Source of the DNA: Synechococcus sp. AG-683-C23
Lineage (GTDB): Bacteria > Cyanobacteriota > Cyanobacteriia > PCC-6307 > Cyanobiaceae
Direction of reading: 5' to 3'
Assembly (NCBI GenBank): GCA_003208835.1
Contig: QCVD01000002.1
Span: 4,217-68,216, forward strand
DNA length: 64,000 nt
Under the pieces are notes generated by a model that was given only the letters and a program-made list of their open reading frames with translations, was not told where the DNA came from and ran no database searches. Below, one piece after another: positions 1 to 12,483 of the stretch; positions within the stretch are counted from its first letter, which is position 1, and the number at the start of each line of letters is the position of its first letter. A program made the translations under genes and the position numbers.

Positions 1-400
1 CTACTGTGGGATCCTGCCAATGCAAGCCTTGCTGAGATCTCATCCTAGGATTAATTCAGATCTGCTTAAATTACAACACAAGAAACTATTAATATTATTC
101 TTTTGAACATCGACACTAACTACGATATCTAATAAGGCTTATCTCCTCAGACCATAGAATTAGATTGACTCTATAAAGGATTTCCAGCTCCATTTTTGAT
201 GAAAACAGTGGCCAACTGTGCTGGAACTCATTCACAAGAAGCGGCTGGGCACCATCATTTTCTGAGCTGTAGTGGCAGACCACAATGATGTCGCCTGGAG
301 TTGTGCCAACGGCCTCTGTATAAGCAAAAGAACTCGAAGCTCATTTATTCACAGCGAAGGACGACAACCGCCAGAGTTAAGTTCGACTCGAACTTTTGTG

Positions 401-1354
401 ATGACCAGCCCCTTCACACCAAGCCAGGGCACGTGGGCATGGCAATCCCAGCAAATTGGCTGGTCGCTGATGGGGGATGGGGATCCAAAAGCACCATACG
501 CAGTGCTGTTGATCCATGGCTTTGGTGCCAATACCAACCATTGGCGTTTCAACCAACCGGTGCTCGCCAAACTCGCTCCCACCTATGCCATTGACTTACT
601 GGGCTTCGGACGCAGTGATCAGCCTCGAGCTCGTTTAAAGCAGGAACCGCCGGACAAAATTGCCGTGCACTACTGCTTTGATCTTTGGGGTCAACAAGTG
701 GCTGATTTTTGCAAGGAGGTCATCAACAAACCCGTAATCCTCATTGGCAACTCAATCGGGGGCGTCGTGGTGCTTCGAGCCGCCCAAATGCTTGGACAGG
801 ATCATTGCAAGCGCGTAGTACTGATCGACTGCGCCCAACGACTCATGGACGACAAGCAACTAGCCACACAACCGGCCTGGATGGCGTGGATACGACCCAT
901 GCTTAAAGCCATGGTGAGCCAACGTTGGCTCAGCACCGCACTGTTCCGCAATGCAGCCCGACCCGGGGTGATACGCAACGTGTTGAAACAGGCTTATCCC
1001 AGCGGCAAAAACATCGACGATGAACTTATTGATTTGCTTTATCAACCAACGCAGCGTGATGGAGCAGCCGAAGCATTTCGAGGCTTTATCAACCTGTTCG
1101 ACGACTATCTGGCACCGGACCTAATGAATAAGCTCAATATTCCGGTTGATTTGGTCTGGGGAGAGAAGGATCCTTGGGAACCAATCTCAGAAGCTCATAA
1201 CTGGAAAGAAACTATTCCCTGCATCCGATCAATGAATGTCATTCCTCAGGCAGGGCATTGCCCCCACGATGAAATGGCAGAAATCGTAAACACAATACTT
1301 AAGGAATCGATGGCTCGTGTAGTTGAGGAACCCTTTCGATCAGCTGACGGGTGA
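401..1354 (+). CDS. Alpha/beta fold hydrolase
   Basis: LIHGFGA oxyanion motif, GNSIGG nucleophile elbow, C-terminal GHCPHDE. ATG at 401 preferred over the track start at 272. Confidence 0.9.
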   Translation: MTSPFTPSQGTWAWQSQQIGWSLMGDGDPKAPYAVLLIHGFGANTNHWRFNQPVLAKLAPTYAIDLLGFGRSDQPRARLKQEPPDKIAVHYCFDLWGQQVADFCKEVINKPVILIGNSIGGVVVLRAAQMLGQDHCKRVVLIDCAQRLMDDKQLATQPAWMAWIRPMLKAMVSQRWLSTALFRNAARPGVIRNVLKQAYPSGKNIDDELIDLLYQPTQRDGAAEAFRGFINLFDDYLAPDLMNKLNIPVDLVWGEKDPWEPISEAHNWKETIPCIRSMNVIPQAGHCPHDEMAEIVNTILKESMARVVEEPFRSADG

Positions 1355-3026
1355 GTTTTTTTTGGTCATAAATCAGTTGTCGGTACCAATTTTCACGATC
1401 CTGCACCTGATAAGCAGCCATCCGATGCTCACGAACCCACTGATTAGCGGCTTGTCCCAAAGAAGCAACTTTCTGGGGGTCAGTTCGCCAGGCGTTAAGG
1501 CAAGCCGTCATTTCCGAAGAAGATCCAAACAACTCACCGTTAACACCATGTTGGATGGTTTCTCCATAGACGACATTGCTGGCGAGAGAAGCCAATCCAC
1601 AAGAAGCTGCCTCAATCATCTTTAAATCAGATTTTAGGTGATTAAAGGAAGTATCAAGAAGAGGAAGAAAGGCAAAATCACAGGCTGACATTTCGTTTAG
1701 ATAATCAGCATGCGAACAAAGTGGTCGGAACGTCTTGTGACCTTCTGGAAGATCTAAAGCGTCAAAAAAACCACGGTCATGAATCACCGAAGCACTCCAA
1801 AAATCAGGATCAGCCCGGAAAACATGGTTCAAATCTTTGATTAAAGGAGCCCAATCTTTCTCGCGGTTCAAAGCCCCAAAAAACATTTTCAAACCTGAGC
1901 GTCCATCCTTTTTATTATCTAGACCAGCAATAGGAAGCTTCTCGAGCATATTTGAAAATACCCTTACATTGGAGTTCCATTTGCTAATTCTTTCAGCCAA
2001 TTCGGGCCTGGAAGTTTGAACAGCATGAACCATTTTAAAAGTTATATAGTCTTCTTTCTTAAGCACAGGCCAATGATCAGGATCATCATCCCAGTCAATT
2101 ACTACAACATATCCATTACGAATCAACAAACGCAGTTTCTGGAAATCTTGCTCAGTCGGATGAAAAATGGGACGTTGCCATATTAATATTTTTTGTTGAA
2201 TTAAAGGCAAATCCTTTAACTCCATCTTATGCATATACAACCCTACATTCACCATCGGTAGACTCGCCAGAGCCCGTAAAGGTTGGGCAAGGCGAACCTC
2301 CGCCATAGAATCTGGACTTACGCCACTAAATCCCTCGACTAAAATCGCTTGATGCGAGGCTTTGCCTGCGGTTATTACGTACTGTAGTGGGGCAATCCCT
2401 TCGAAAACTTTTTGAGGATTTAGACCAAGATTTTGTAAAGCTGGTAGCATTTTAATTGCAAAATCTTTAGCTTGATCTGGCGCAAAAACCCTGGACTGGA
2501 TACCATAAATTTGCAGTTCATTCGATTTAAACCACTGAACAATACTTTCGCGAGTAAACCACCTCAAATGTGTTCGATCAAATAAGCCTTGATCCACTGT
2601 TGGCCACTGCCCTTGCAATAAATTAGCTAAAACACTCCAATGCTGCACATTCGGGATGCAGGCAACAACAACACCCTCTTGTGACAACGATTGAAGATGC
2701 CGTGATAGACATTTCCATGGGTCTTTTAAATGTTCGAGAACATCGCCATAAACGAGGCAATCAAATAACCCACTTATTGATTTAGGAAGAATAAGGCTAG
2801 GATCTTCGATATCACCACATACAACCTGATCTAAAAAATTCTTAGCCGATTCTGCCTCTTCTGGAACATATTCAACGCCGACATAATGAACCGACGGATT
2901 GCGAAGCTTGTAAGCAGCACCTAAATATCCAGCCCCACAACCAATTTCTAGAACTGATTTTGAAGATTGAGGTATATTTGCCAATAAATCATAATTTATA
3001 TTTTTATAGTATCCAGAATTTTGCAC
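1299..3026 (-). CDS. SAM-dependent methyltransferase fused to a GT-B (GT4-like) glycosyltransferase domain
   Basis: N-terminal VLEIGCGAG and DVLEHL; C-terminal FNHLKSDLKMIEAASCG and HGVNG motifs. AT-rich relative to flanks. Confidence 0.8.
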   Translation of the reverse strand: MQNSGYYKNINYDLLANIPQSSKSVLEIGCGAGYLGAAYKLRNPSVHYVGVEYVPEEAESAKNFLDQVVCGDIEDPSLILPKSISGLFDCLVYGDVLEHLKDPWKCLSRHLQSLSQEGVVVACIPNVQHWSVLANLLQGQWPTVDQGLFDRTHLRWFTRESIVQWFKSNELQIYGIQSRVFAPDQAKDFAIKMLPALQNLGLNPQKVFEGIAPLQYVITAGKASHQAILVEGFSGVSPDSMAEVRLAQPLRALASLPMVNVGLYMHKMELKDLPLIQQKILIWQRPIFHPTEQDFQKLRLLIRNGYVVVIDWDDDPDHWPVLKKEDYITFKMVHAVQTSRPELAERISKWNSNVRVFSNMLEKLPIAGLDNKKDGRSGLKMFFGALNREKDWAPLIKDLNHVFRADPDFWSASVIHDRGFFDALDLPEGHKTFRPLCSHADYLNEMSACDFAFLPLLDTSFNHLKSDLKMIEAASCGLASLASNVVYGETIQHGVNGELFGSSSEMTACLNAWRTDPQKVASLGQAANQWVREHRMAAYQVQDRENWYRQLIYDQKKLTRQLIERVPQLHEPSIP

Positions 3027-3070
3027 AACTAAAGCAAATCAGCTACGTGCAGAATCGCACAATAGAAGTC

Positions 3071-4069
3071 TTAACAAGCAACATAGGCCTCAACTTGATC
3101 ACTTACTCGACGGAGACCTGCCAATCCATCCCGCTCTAAATTACGAACCCGGTCGCGGCTCATGCCCAAAATGCGACCAATGCCAGTAAGGCTCATCGGA
3201 TCTTCACCATCCATACCGAAACGCATCCGGAGAACCTGCTCCTGCAGATGGGGCAGCTGACCCAGCAAGCTGCGCAAATCACCCTTGAGGCAATCCTCTT
3301 CAACTTGATCGCTGGGGAGCTCGTTGTCTCCGGACAAAAGCTCCAACAATTCAGTGTCGTCGCCATCACCCACCTTCATCTCAAGGCTCACCGGCTGACG
3401 AGCACGACACATCAGATCTTTGACTTCGTCTTCAGGCAGATCGACGAATTGAGCAAGTTCCGTCACGGTCGGGGTACGACCGAGCTCCTGGCTTAGCTCT
3501 CGCTGGCCCTTTTTGAGCTTATTCAGCATCTCAGTGATGTGAATGGGTAGGCGGATCGTGCGGCTCTTCTCAGCAATGGCACGGGTGATGCCCTGACGAA
3601 TCCACCAGTAGGCGTAGGTGGAAAATTTGTAGCCGCGAGTGGGATCGAATTTTTCGACACCACGCACCAAACCAATTGTTCCCTCTTGGATCAGATCCAA
3701 AAGTTCCATGTTCCGCTTGGTGTATTTCTTTGCAACGCTCACAACGAGACGAAGATTCGCCGCCACCATGCGCTCCTTAGCGCGATGCCCTTGCTGCAAT
3801 TTCCGCTTGAGCTGAACTGTCGAGAGTTCAGCAGCCTTGGCTAATTGATCGCGGGCTGGTTTCGCACCATCTCTGCTTTCCAATTCGGCCTCAAGAGTTT
3901 CGATCTCCATCAGCTGCTGAACCTGACGGCCCAAGGTGATTTCTTGCTCGTGTGTGAGCAAAGGCACCCGTCCAATATCCCGGAGATAAGAACGCACCAG
4001 ATCGACGTCAACACTGACGGTACGAGTGGAGGTTGCTGGTTTTGAAGCAGCTGTAGCGACGGGTGCCAT
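3071..4069 (-). CDS. Group 2 (RpoD-like) RNA polymerase sigma factor
   Basis: ANLRLVVSVAKKY, DLIQEG, GYKFSTYAYWWIRQ and region 4 HTH; lacks region 1.1. Confidence 0.95.
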   Translation of the reverse strand: MAPVATAASKPATSTRTVSVDVDLVRSYLRDIGRVPLLTHEQEITLGRQVQQLMEIETLEAELESRDGAKPARDQLAKAAELSTVQLKRKLQQGHRAKERMVAANLRLVVSVAKKYTKRNMELLDLIQEGTIGLVRGVEKFDPTRGYKFSTYAYWWIRQGITRAIAEKSRTIRLPIHITEMLNKLKKGQRELSQELGRTPTVTELAQFVDLPEDEVKDLMCRARQPVSLEMKVGDGDDTELLELLSGDNELPSDQVEEDCLKGDLRSLLGQLPHLQEQVLRMRFGMDGEDPMSLTGIGRILGMSRDRVRNLERDGLAGLRRVSDQVEAYVAC

Positions 4070-4121
4070 GACGCTTCGTTGAGTTATGTAAAGCGTACCC
4101 CTAAGAAACGTAAACAACCTC

Positions 4122-5582
4122 TCAGAAAGCAGAAGCCGCCAAGAATTGGGTAGAAATACCTGCTGTTTGACCCAGCTGCGGCAAGTTCAGCAGCAGCCAT
4201 TCCGCCGTTTTCAGGTAAATCAGTGTCCCAGCCACGTCAGTGCAGGTGGTGATGAACGGTGTGGACATCAGGGCTGGATCTAAGCCCATACGGTCAAAAA
4301 GCAACGGGAAGGCCGCCCCAGCCGTTGCCGCCAGGGTGGTAATCGCCAGCAAGCTGATCCCAACAGACACCCCCACCAACGCACCCCCACCACGCCACCA
4401 GGCAAAAGGCAGCACCACAATCATCATCAGCACCCCCAGAAGGGCACCGGCCATCGCTTCCCGCAACACGGCTTGCAAGGGCTTTAAGGCCGAAATGCTT
4501 TGGGTGCTCAATCCACGAATCACCACGGTGGAACTCTGGGCGCCCACATTTCCGCCGGTGCCTCCCAATAAAGGGATGAAGGCCGCCAAGAGCACCACCT
4601 GCTTGAGCACGGCCTCATTCGCTGCAATCACCTCAGAGGTGAAGAAACTCGCCACCACGAGCACCGACAGCCAAACAATCCGGCGACGGGCGACGGTGAA
4701 CAAATTGCTCGTGAAGTAATCGTCTTCATCGCCTGCCTGCACAGCACCAGCGGCGTAGAGGTCGCGGGTGGCCTCCTGCTCAATCACGTCGATTACGTCA
4801 TCAACAGTGACGATGCCCACCAGGCGTTGCTCTGAATCCACCACAGGCACGGCCAAAAAGTCGTAGCGCTGAATCGTGCGAGCCACCTTTTCTTGATCGG
4901 TGTCGGTCGCAACGCTGAGCACATCACCGGTCATCACATCGCCAATGCGGGCATTCAGATCAGCCGTCACCAAATCTCGCAACGACAAAATGCCAGTGAG
5001 GCAGCGTTGGGCATCGGTGACGTACAGGGAATAAATCGTTTCTGTGTCGCGGGCGCGACTGCGAACGATCTCCAGTGCCATTGCAGCGGTTTGGTTTTCT
5101 TTTAAGGCGATGTATTCCGTCGTCATCAAACGACCAGCCGTTTCCGCCTCGTAGCCGAGCAATTGGGCAGTGACTCTGCGTTCCTCAGGGCTGAGCTCAC
5201 TCAACAGCTGGCGAACCACCTTGGCGGGCAACTCCTCCAACAAACGCGCCCGGTCGTCCGGAGACATCTCTTCGACCACCTCGCGCATCTCACCAGAGCG
5301 CAAAAGGCGCAACAAACTCTGCTGGGTTGCACTATCGAGATATTCATAAACACTGATCGCCTCATCCTTCCCAAGGAAACGGAACGCAAGGGCCTGAAGA
5401 TTGGTCGGCAGATTACCGATCGCCTCAGCGATATCCACCGGCTGCACCGGCTTCAACAACAGTTTTACCGCGTCGTAGTTCCCGACGGACAGCATCGACT
5501 CCAGTTGCTGGCTAACGACTTCGGCCATCAACTCGAGCTCAACCGTGATGTTGCCGGCTTCGTTCCCCGCTGCCTCCGTCAT
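4122..5582 (-). CDS. mgtE: Magnesium transporter MgtE
   Basis: N domain, CBS pair (TAGRLMTTEY, GIVTVDD), GGNVGAQ and DPALMSTPFITT. Confidence 0.96.
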   Translation of the reverse strand: MTEAAGNEAGNITVELELMAEVVSQQLESMLSVGNYDAVKLLLKPVQPVDIAEAIGNLPTNLQALAFRFLGKDEAISVYEYLDSATQQSLLRLLRSGEMREVVEEMSPDDRARLLEELPAKVVRQLLSELSPEERRVTAQLLGYEAETAGRLMTTEYIALKENQTAAMALEIVRSRARDTETIYSLYVTDAQRCLTGILSLRDLVTADLNARIGDVMTGDVLSVATDTDQEKVARTIQRYDFLAVPVVDSEQRLVGIVTVDDVIDVIEQEATRDLYAAGAVQAGDEDDYFTSNLFTVARRRIVWLSVLVVASFFTSEVIAANEAVLKQVVLLAAFIPLLGGTGGNVGAQSSTVVIRGLSTQSISALKPLQAVLREAMAGALLGVLMMIVVLPFAWWRGGGALVGVSVGISLLAITTLAATAGAAFPLLFDRMGLDPALMSTPFITTCTDVAGTLIYLKTAEWLLLNLPQLGQTAGISTQFLAASAF

Positions 5583-5652
5583 GCTTCTCCGGCCGGGGTA
5601 TTAAGTATGGCCGTTCATGCCGGTTAATCTTTCGACATATTCGGCTTTAGCC

Positions 5653-6126
5653 ATGACGATCAACATCAGTGGTGTTTCCGTAACGTCCCCAGACGGCACC
5701 AGCAAATCCCTAGGTGACTACTCCGGGAAGGTGCTGCTGATCGTGAATGTGGCCAGCAAATGCGGTTTCACCAAGCAGTACGCCGGGCTTCAAGCTCTCA
5801 ATGAGGCCTATGCCGACAAGGGATTGGCTGTGCTCGGTTTCCCTTGCAACGATTTCGGCGGTCAGGAGCCAGGAACCTTGGATGAAATCAAGAGCTTTTG
5901 CTCCACCACTTACGGCGCAGACTTTGAACTGTTCGACAAAGTGAACGCCAAAGGCAGCACCACGGAGCCCTTCACAACCTTGAACAAAACCGAACCAGCC
6001 GGAGATGTGGCCTGGAATTTCGAGAAGTTCTTGGTGGGCAAAGACGGAACGGTGATTGCCCGTTATAAGAGCGATGCCACTCCCGAAGAGCTTAAGGCTC
6101 CGATCGAGGCGGCATTAGCAGCCTGA
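5653..6126 (+). CDS. gpx: Glutathione peroxidase
   Basis: VNVASKCGFT, GFPCNDFGGQE and WNFEKFL motifs. Confidence 0.96.
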   Translation: MTINISGVSVTSPDGTSKSLGDYSGKVLLIVNVASKCGFTKQYAGLQALNEAYADKGLAVLGFPCNDFGGQEPGTLDEIKSFCSTTYGADFELFDKVNAKGSTTEPFTTLNKTEPAGDVAWNFEKFLVGKDGTVIARYKSDATPEELKAPIEAALAA

Positions 6127-6496
6127 CCCTCTGGCCAATCCACAACCCAAGGGCTGCGGCACCCAATCCCAGCCCAAGGGTGAGGCCCATCAGGCCCAAG
6201 GCTTCAATCACTCCTCCTGCGCTCATTAGACGCATGGCGTCCAGCATCCAGCTGCTAAAGGTGGTGAGGGATCCACAAAAACCAATTCCAACCAAAAGCT
6301 GACGTCGTGGCGCTGCGGGCAATCCAGCGAGCAAGCCAAGCAACGCAGCTCCCACCACATTCACCAGCACATGGCGATCGGCCCAATGGAGAGATACCTG
6401 CCAACGCAACAAAGCGCCAGGGACTGCTCCGAGACCCACAATGAGTAACTCCTGGAGTTCTGCGTTTAACGAACGCTGTTGCTGTTGTTCAGCCAT
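6092..6496 (-). CDS. crcB: Fluoride efflux channel CrcB/Fluc
   Basis: [12 protein letters not shown] signature and hydrophobic helices. Confidence 0.9.
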   Translation of the reverse strand: MAEQQQQRSLNAELQELLIVGLGAVPGALLRWQVSLHWADRHVLVNVVGAALLGLLAGLPAAPRRQLLVGIGFCGSLTTFSSWMLDAMRLMSAGGVIEALGLMGLTLGLGLGAAALGLWIGQRVRLLMPPRSEP

Positions 6497-6869
6497 AGGT
6501 CCCCAGGCCATAACCAGCCCCTGCCGCACATAGCCCTGCCGCAATCGAAGCCAGCGCGAAGACAGCGGCAACGAAGCGTTGACCAGCCCTCAATTCATTA
6601 AAAAGCTCCAACGCAAATGTGGAGAACGTGCTGAGGCTTCCGAGGAATCCCACTCCGATCAACAGGGCAAGGCTTGGTTTGGCAATGCAACGTTGATCAA
6701 GCGCCAACACCAAGCCCAAGCCGAAACAGGCGACCACATTCACAACAAAAGTGCCCCAATGCTTTTTGGGCACCATCGGCTCAAAGTGATTGATCATCTT
6801 CAAGCGCAACCAGGCTCCAGGGATGGCCCCTACACCCACCAAAAGCGCCTCAAACGCGGAGCCAGCCAC
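6489..6869 (-). CDS. crcB: Fluoride efflux channel CrcB/Fluc, second subunit
   Basis: GTFVVN and [12 protein letters not shown]; tandem with the other crcB. Start uncertain (track 6917). Confidence 0.9.
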   Translation of the reverse strand: MAGSAFEALLVGVGAIPGAWLRLKMINHFEPMVPKKHWGTFVVNVVACFGLGLVLALDQRCIAKPSLALLIGVGFLGSLSTFSTFALELFNELRAGQRFVAAVFALASIAAGLCAAGAGYGLGTYG

Positions 6870-7157
6870 GGGGTTGATCCTCTCCCAGGGGCTGGACATG
6901 CAGCCAATCGTTGCCATCAGCAGACGACCAACGCCGCAGCAATCGAAATGAAGTGCCAGCCTTCAGAGTGCTGAGAGGTGGCGCCAAAGCCATCGGGCTC
7001 AAACGCAGCGGCACATCAGACGCCACATGGAGATGACCACCAACTCCAACCCGACGACGGACGTGTGATTGCCGAAGATCCGCACCGCCAGCAGGCATGG
7101 CGGCCGGGGCCATCAAGGCCACACCAAGCAGCAAGCTCCAGCGCAACAAAGGACCCA

Positions 7158-7158
<1 letters not shown>
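6850..7158 (-). CDS. Small exported protein, SH3-like domain
   Basis: Hydrophobic N-terminus and WLHV...RGW end typical of bacterial SH3; abuts the gyrB stop. Confidence 0.6.
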
Positions 7159-9125
<1,967 letters not shown>

Positions 9126-9283
9126 TCAGAAGCTCTCAAGTCAGGAAACTGGGTTCTATGCGGCCGCAACGGGTCTGAACCACGATCTGACATTCTCAAC
9201 TTTACACCGGGTGTCTACAGGGCCCTGCAGAGGCCTCTGGAGCGTCATCTCCAACTGGACTGCACCCCCTTCCAACTGAGTCG

Positions 9284-10180
9284 ATGACCAAACAACCTCT
9301 TGTGATCTCCCTGCTGGGACCCACCGCCAGCGGCAAAACCGCCCTCGCCCTTGAGCTGGCCGAACGGCTCGGACTGCCGGTGATCAACGTGGATTCACGC
9401 CAGCTGTATCGGGAGATGGACGTAGGAACAGCCAAGCCCACCGCCGAGCAACAGGCCCGGGTGACGCACCACCTACTCAACCTGCGCGATCCCAACCAGC
9501 CGATCACGCTGCAGGAATTTCAAGCGGAGGCCACGCCCTGTATTGAGCGTGAGTTAGCCGAACGGGGTATCGCTCTGCTGGTGGGGGGCAGCGGTTTGTA
9601 CTTGAAAGCGCTCACGAGCGGCCTCAAACCACCTGCTGTGGGCCCGCAACCCGAGCTGCGCCAGCAATTCAGTGCCATGGGACAAGCCATCTGCCATCCG
9701 CTCTTGGCCGTCGCTGATCCAATCGCCGCCGCAAAAATTTCCCCGGCGGATGTGGTCCGTACCCAGCGCGCCCTGGAGGTGCTCTACGCCTCAGGCCAAC
9801 CAATGACTGGCCAGGCCAGCGTGGAACCTCCCCCCTGGCGAATTTTGGAACTCGGCCTGAATCCCGCCAACCTGCGCGAACGCATCAACCAACGCACTGA
9901 ACAGCTGTATCAAGAAGGTTTGGTGGAGGAAACCCAACGCTTGGCCGACCGCTACGGAGCCGACTTACCGCTATTACAAACGATCGGGTACGGAGAAGCA
10001 CTGCAAATCAACACTGGATCGATCACACGGCAGTCGGCGATCGCCACCACATGCCAGCGCACGCGGCAATTCGCCAAACGTCAACGCACCTGGTTTCGGC
10101 GCCAACACACTCCCCAATGGCTCAGCGAACAGGATCTGTTAACGGAAGCGATGACGCTGATCGAACAACACCTAGGCTGA
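9284..10180 (+). CDS. miaA: tRNA dimethylallyltransferase
   Basis: [35 protein letters not shown]. Confidence 0.98.
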   Translation: MTKQPLVISLLGPTASGKTALALELAERLGLPVINVDSRQLYREMDVGTAKPTAEQQARVTHHLLNLRDPNQPITLQEFQAEATPCIERELAERGIALLVGGSGLYLKALTSGLKPPAVGPQPELRQQFSAMGQAICHPLLAVADPIAAAKISPADVVRTQRALEVLYASGQPMTGQASVEPPPWRILELGLNPANLRERINQRTEQLYQEGLVEETQRLADRYGADLPLLQTIGYGEALQINTGSITRQSAIATTCQRTRQFAKRQRTWFRRQHTPQWLSEQDLLTEAMTLIEQHLG

Positions 10181-10236
10181 ACTGAGCAGACGTTGTGTTT
10201 TTCGTGTTGTCTGCACCTGTCCCCTTTTCCCTCTGA

Positions 10237-10893
10237 ATGGCTCCACGTCCCCGTTTTGATCGTCGCGCTCCTGTTCGGGAGCTTCCAAACATCAATGACC
10301 GAATCAGTTATCCCCAGTTGCGGGTTGTTGATTCAGACGGCAGCCAACTCGGAGTAATCAGCAGGGAAGACGCGCTGGAAGTGTCCAAAGATCGTGAATT
10401 GGATCTGGTGCTGGTGAGCGAAAAAGCCGATCCTCCGGTGTGCCGGATCATGGACTACGGCAAATTCAAATTCGAGCAGGAAAAGAAAGCCAAGGAAGCC
10501 AAGAAAAAGTCGCACCAGACCGAAGTCAAAGAAGTGAAGATGCGATACAAGATCGACTCTCACGACTACGACGTCCGAATCGGCCAAGCCCAACGCTTCC
10601 TCAAGGCGGGAGACAAGGTGAAGTGCACCGTGATTTTCCGGGGCCGGGAAATTCAGCACACCGCCTTAGCAGAAATTCTGCTGCGGCGCATGGCGAAAGA
10701 CTTGGAAGAAAAGGCCGAAGTCCAACAATCTCCCAAGCGAGAGGGACGCAACATGATTATGTTCCTAACGCCTCGCAAGGCCCCCCTCCTCAAAAAGGAC
10801 GACAAGGATTCAAGCGTCCACCAAGCCATTCGCACCATCCCCGCACCACCCTCACGGTCTACCGCCGCCAAAGTGGCGGCCCCTCAGGCCTGA
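10237..10893 (+). CDS. infC: Translation initiation factor IF-3
   Basis: [26 protein letters not shown]. Confidence 0.98.
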   Translation: MAPRPRFDRRAPVRELPNINDRISYPQLRVVDSDGSQLGVISREDALEVSKDRELDLVLVSEKADPPVCRIMDYGKFKFEQEKKAKEAKKKSHQTEVKEVKMRYKIDSHDYDVRIGQAQRFLKAGDKVKCTVIFRGREIQHTALAEILLRRMAKDLEEKAEVQQSPKREGRNMIMFLTPRKAPLLKKDDKDSSVHQAIRTIPAPPSRSTAAKVAAPQA

Positions 10894-11394
10894 TTACCCC
10901 CCGAGCCAGCAGCTTCAACCCTGAGCCGAAGCCTCAGGGTTGAAGCTGCTGGGCTCTTCCCCATAAAGCCATGGTCGGCAGGGATCAGGGGATCGACGCT
11001 GCCGCAGATGCAGGTCAAACGCCCCTTCATCGGGGACAGCAGTTCCACAAGCGCCATAAAAATCAAAGGCTGCAGCCAATTCGTGGAGGCGACCTTGTGG
11101 CATCGAGCCTCTGCCAAATCCTGATCCAAATCGGACAAATCCAGCCCAGTTGCCGTTCTTGCAATAACTGCCTTTTCAAGGCCGAGCCCCCGCCGCCGCA
11201 CGCCGATCAGTAACGCGGCGCACCGAGCCATTCACGCCAAAGACCCTGAACAGCACAATAACTACACGCTATTGCAACTAAATGCTATCCATATCGATCA
11301 GGCTCGCGGCGGCGGATGACTGGCAGCAGCAGGGTGGCACATCTCCCGAGGGCAAATCGACCCAGTCGCTGATTGAGGAGTTGGAGATTGTCAC
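10884..11394 (-). pseudogene. Degraded dienelactone hydrolase family gene
   Basis: Fragments in different frames: WVDLPSGDVP, ARTATGLDL, FDFYGA, LTCICGSVDPLIP, ADHGFM, SSFNPEASAQG. The G-x-C-x-G nucleophile region is missing. Confidence 0.75.
10906..10952 (+). terminator. Perfect 20-bp-stem hairpin just downstream of infC
   Basis: CCAGCAGCTTCAACCCTGAG-ccgaagc-CTCAGGGTTGAAGCTGCTGG. No clear U tract, so the terminator role is inferred. Confidence 0.55.
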
Positions 11395-11428
11395 AAGCTC
11401 ACAGACACACAAGCAATTGTCACCAGCT
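11387..11428. promoter_or_regulatory. Candidate operator: direct repeat ATTGTCAC(A/C)AGCT upstream of the GntR gene
   Basis: Two 13-mers at 11387-11399 and 11416-11428 differ at one base; the first contains the near-palindrome TTGTCACAA. Confidence 0.35.
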
Positions 11429-11472
11429 GATTCGCTCCGTATGGTGGCCGCATCACAACCTGGCCCACCAGC

Positions 11473-12474
11473 GTGCGATTTCATATCCAGCAGGAAAGCG
11501 ACATCCCAGCGTCGACCCAGCTGTACAACCAAATCTGCTTCGCAATCGCCGCACGGCACTACCCGCCTGGGCACCGCTTACCGAGTACGCGGCAGCTGGC
11601 GATGCAGACCGGATTGCATCGCAACACGATCAGCAAGGTTTACCGCCAGCTCGAAACCGATGGTGTGGTGGAAGCCATGGCAGGGTCGGGCATCTATGTG
11701 CGCGACCAGCAGAAACCGCGGGAAATCAAAACTCCACCCCACATCCGCAACCGCGGCGTCACCGATCTCGATCGGGAAGTCCGCAAATGTGTGGATGGTC
11801 TGTTGAATGCCGGCTGCACTCTGCAGCAAACCCGAGAACTGCTCACTCGGGAAATTGACTGGCGCCTGCGCTGTGGCGCTCGGGTATTGGTGAGTACGCC
11901 ACGGGAAGACATTGGCGCTTCGATGCTGATCGCCGAGGAATTAGAGCCCTGCCTCGACGTGCCCGTGGAAGTGGTGCCGATGGAAGAATTGGAAAACGTG
12001 CTCGAAACCTCCAGCAATGGAACGGTGGTGACCAGCCGTTATTTCCTTCAACCCGTGGAGGAGCTGGCCAAAAAACACAGCGTGCGCGCCGTGGCGGTTG
12101 ATCTCAACGATTTCCGTAATGAGCTGTCCATGCTCAAGGAATTGCGGCCTGGCAGTTGCGTGGGCCTCGTGAGCATCAGTCCTGGAATCTTGCGGGCCGC
12201 CGAAGTGATCCTGCACTCGATGCGCGGCAACGATCTTCTCTTAATGACCGCCACACCTGATGTGGGAAGTCGCCTGTTGGCACTGCTGCGCGCCTCCAGC
12301 CACGTGCTCTGCGATCGCCCAAGCTTGCCCCTGGTGGAACAGAGTCTGCGCCAAAACCGAGCGCAACTAATGCGCATGCCACAACTGCACTGCGCCGAGA
12401 GTTACCTCAGCACCGATACCATCGATTTACTCCGCAAAGAGATCGGCCTGCAGATCCCTGCGACCGCCAGCTGA
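11473..12474 (+). CDS. GntR family transcriptional regulator, cyanobacterial PlmA type
   Basis: N-terminal GntR HTH (RLPSTRQLA...HRNTISKVYRQLE...GSGIYV) with a long C-terminal domain. Confidence 0.92.
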   Translation: MRFHIQQESDIPASTQLYNQICFAIAARHYPPGHRLPSTRQLAMQTGLHRNTISKVYRQLETDGVVEAMAGSGIYVRDQQKPREIKTPPHIRNRGVTDLDREVRKCVDGLLNAGCTLQQTRELLTREIDWRLRCGARVLVSTPREDIGASMLIAEELEPCLDVPVEVVPMEELENVLETSSNGTVVTSRYFLQPVEELAKKHSVRAVAVDLNDFRNELSMLKELRPGSCVGLVSISPGILRAAEVILHSMRGNDLLLMTATPDVGSRLLALLRASSHVLCDRPSLPLVEQSLRQNRAQLMRMPQLHCAESYLSTDTIDLLRKEIGLQIPATAS

Positions 12475-12483
12475 CCCCCGCCG

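Noticed and set aside
1-400. Possible gene remnant in the AT-rich window start
   Set aside because: Only short open stretches without recognisable motifs, and the context is cut by the window edge.
6092-6917. Tandem crcB genes as an unusual duplication
   Set aside because: Paired Fluc genes forming heterodimers are well known. I did not recognise a fluoride riboswitch.
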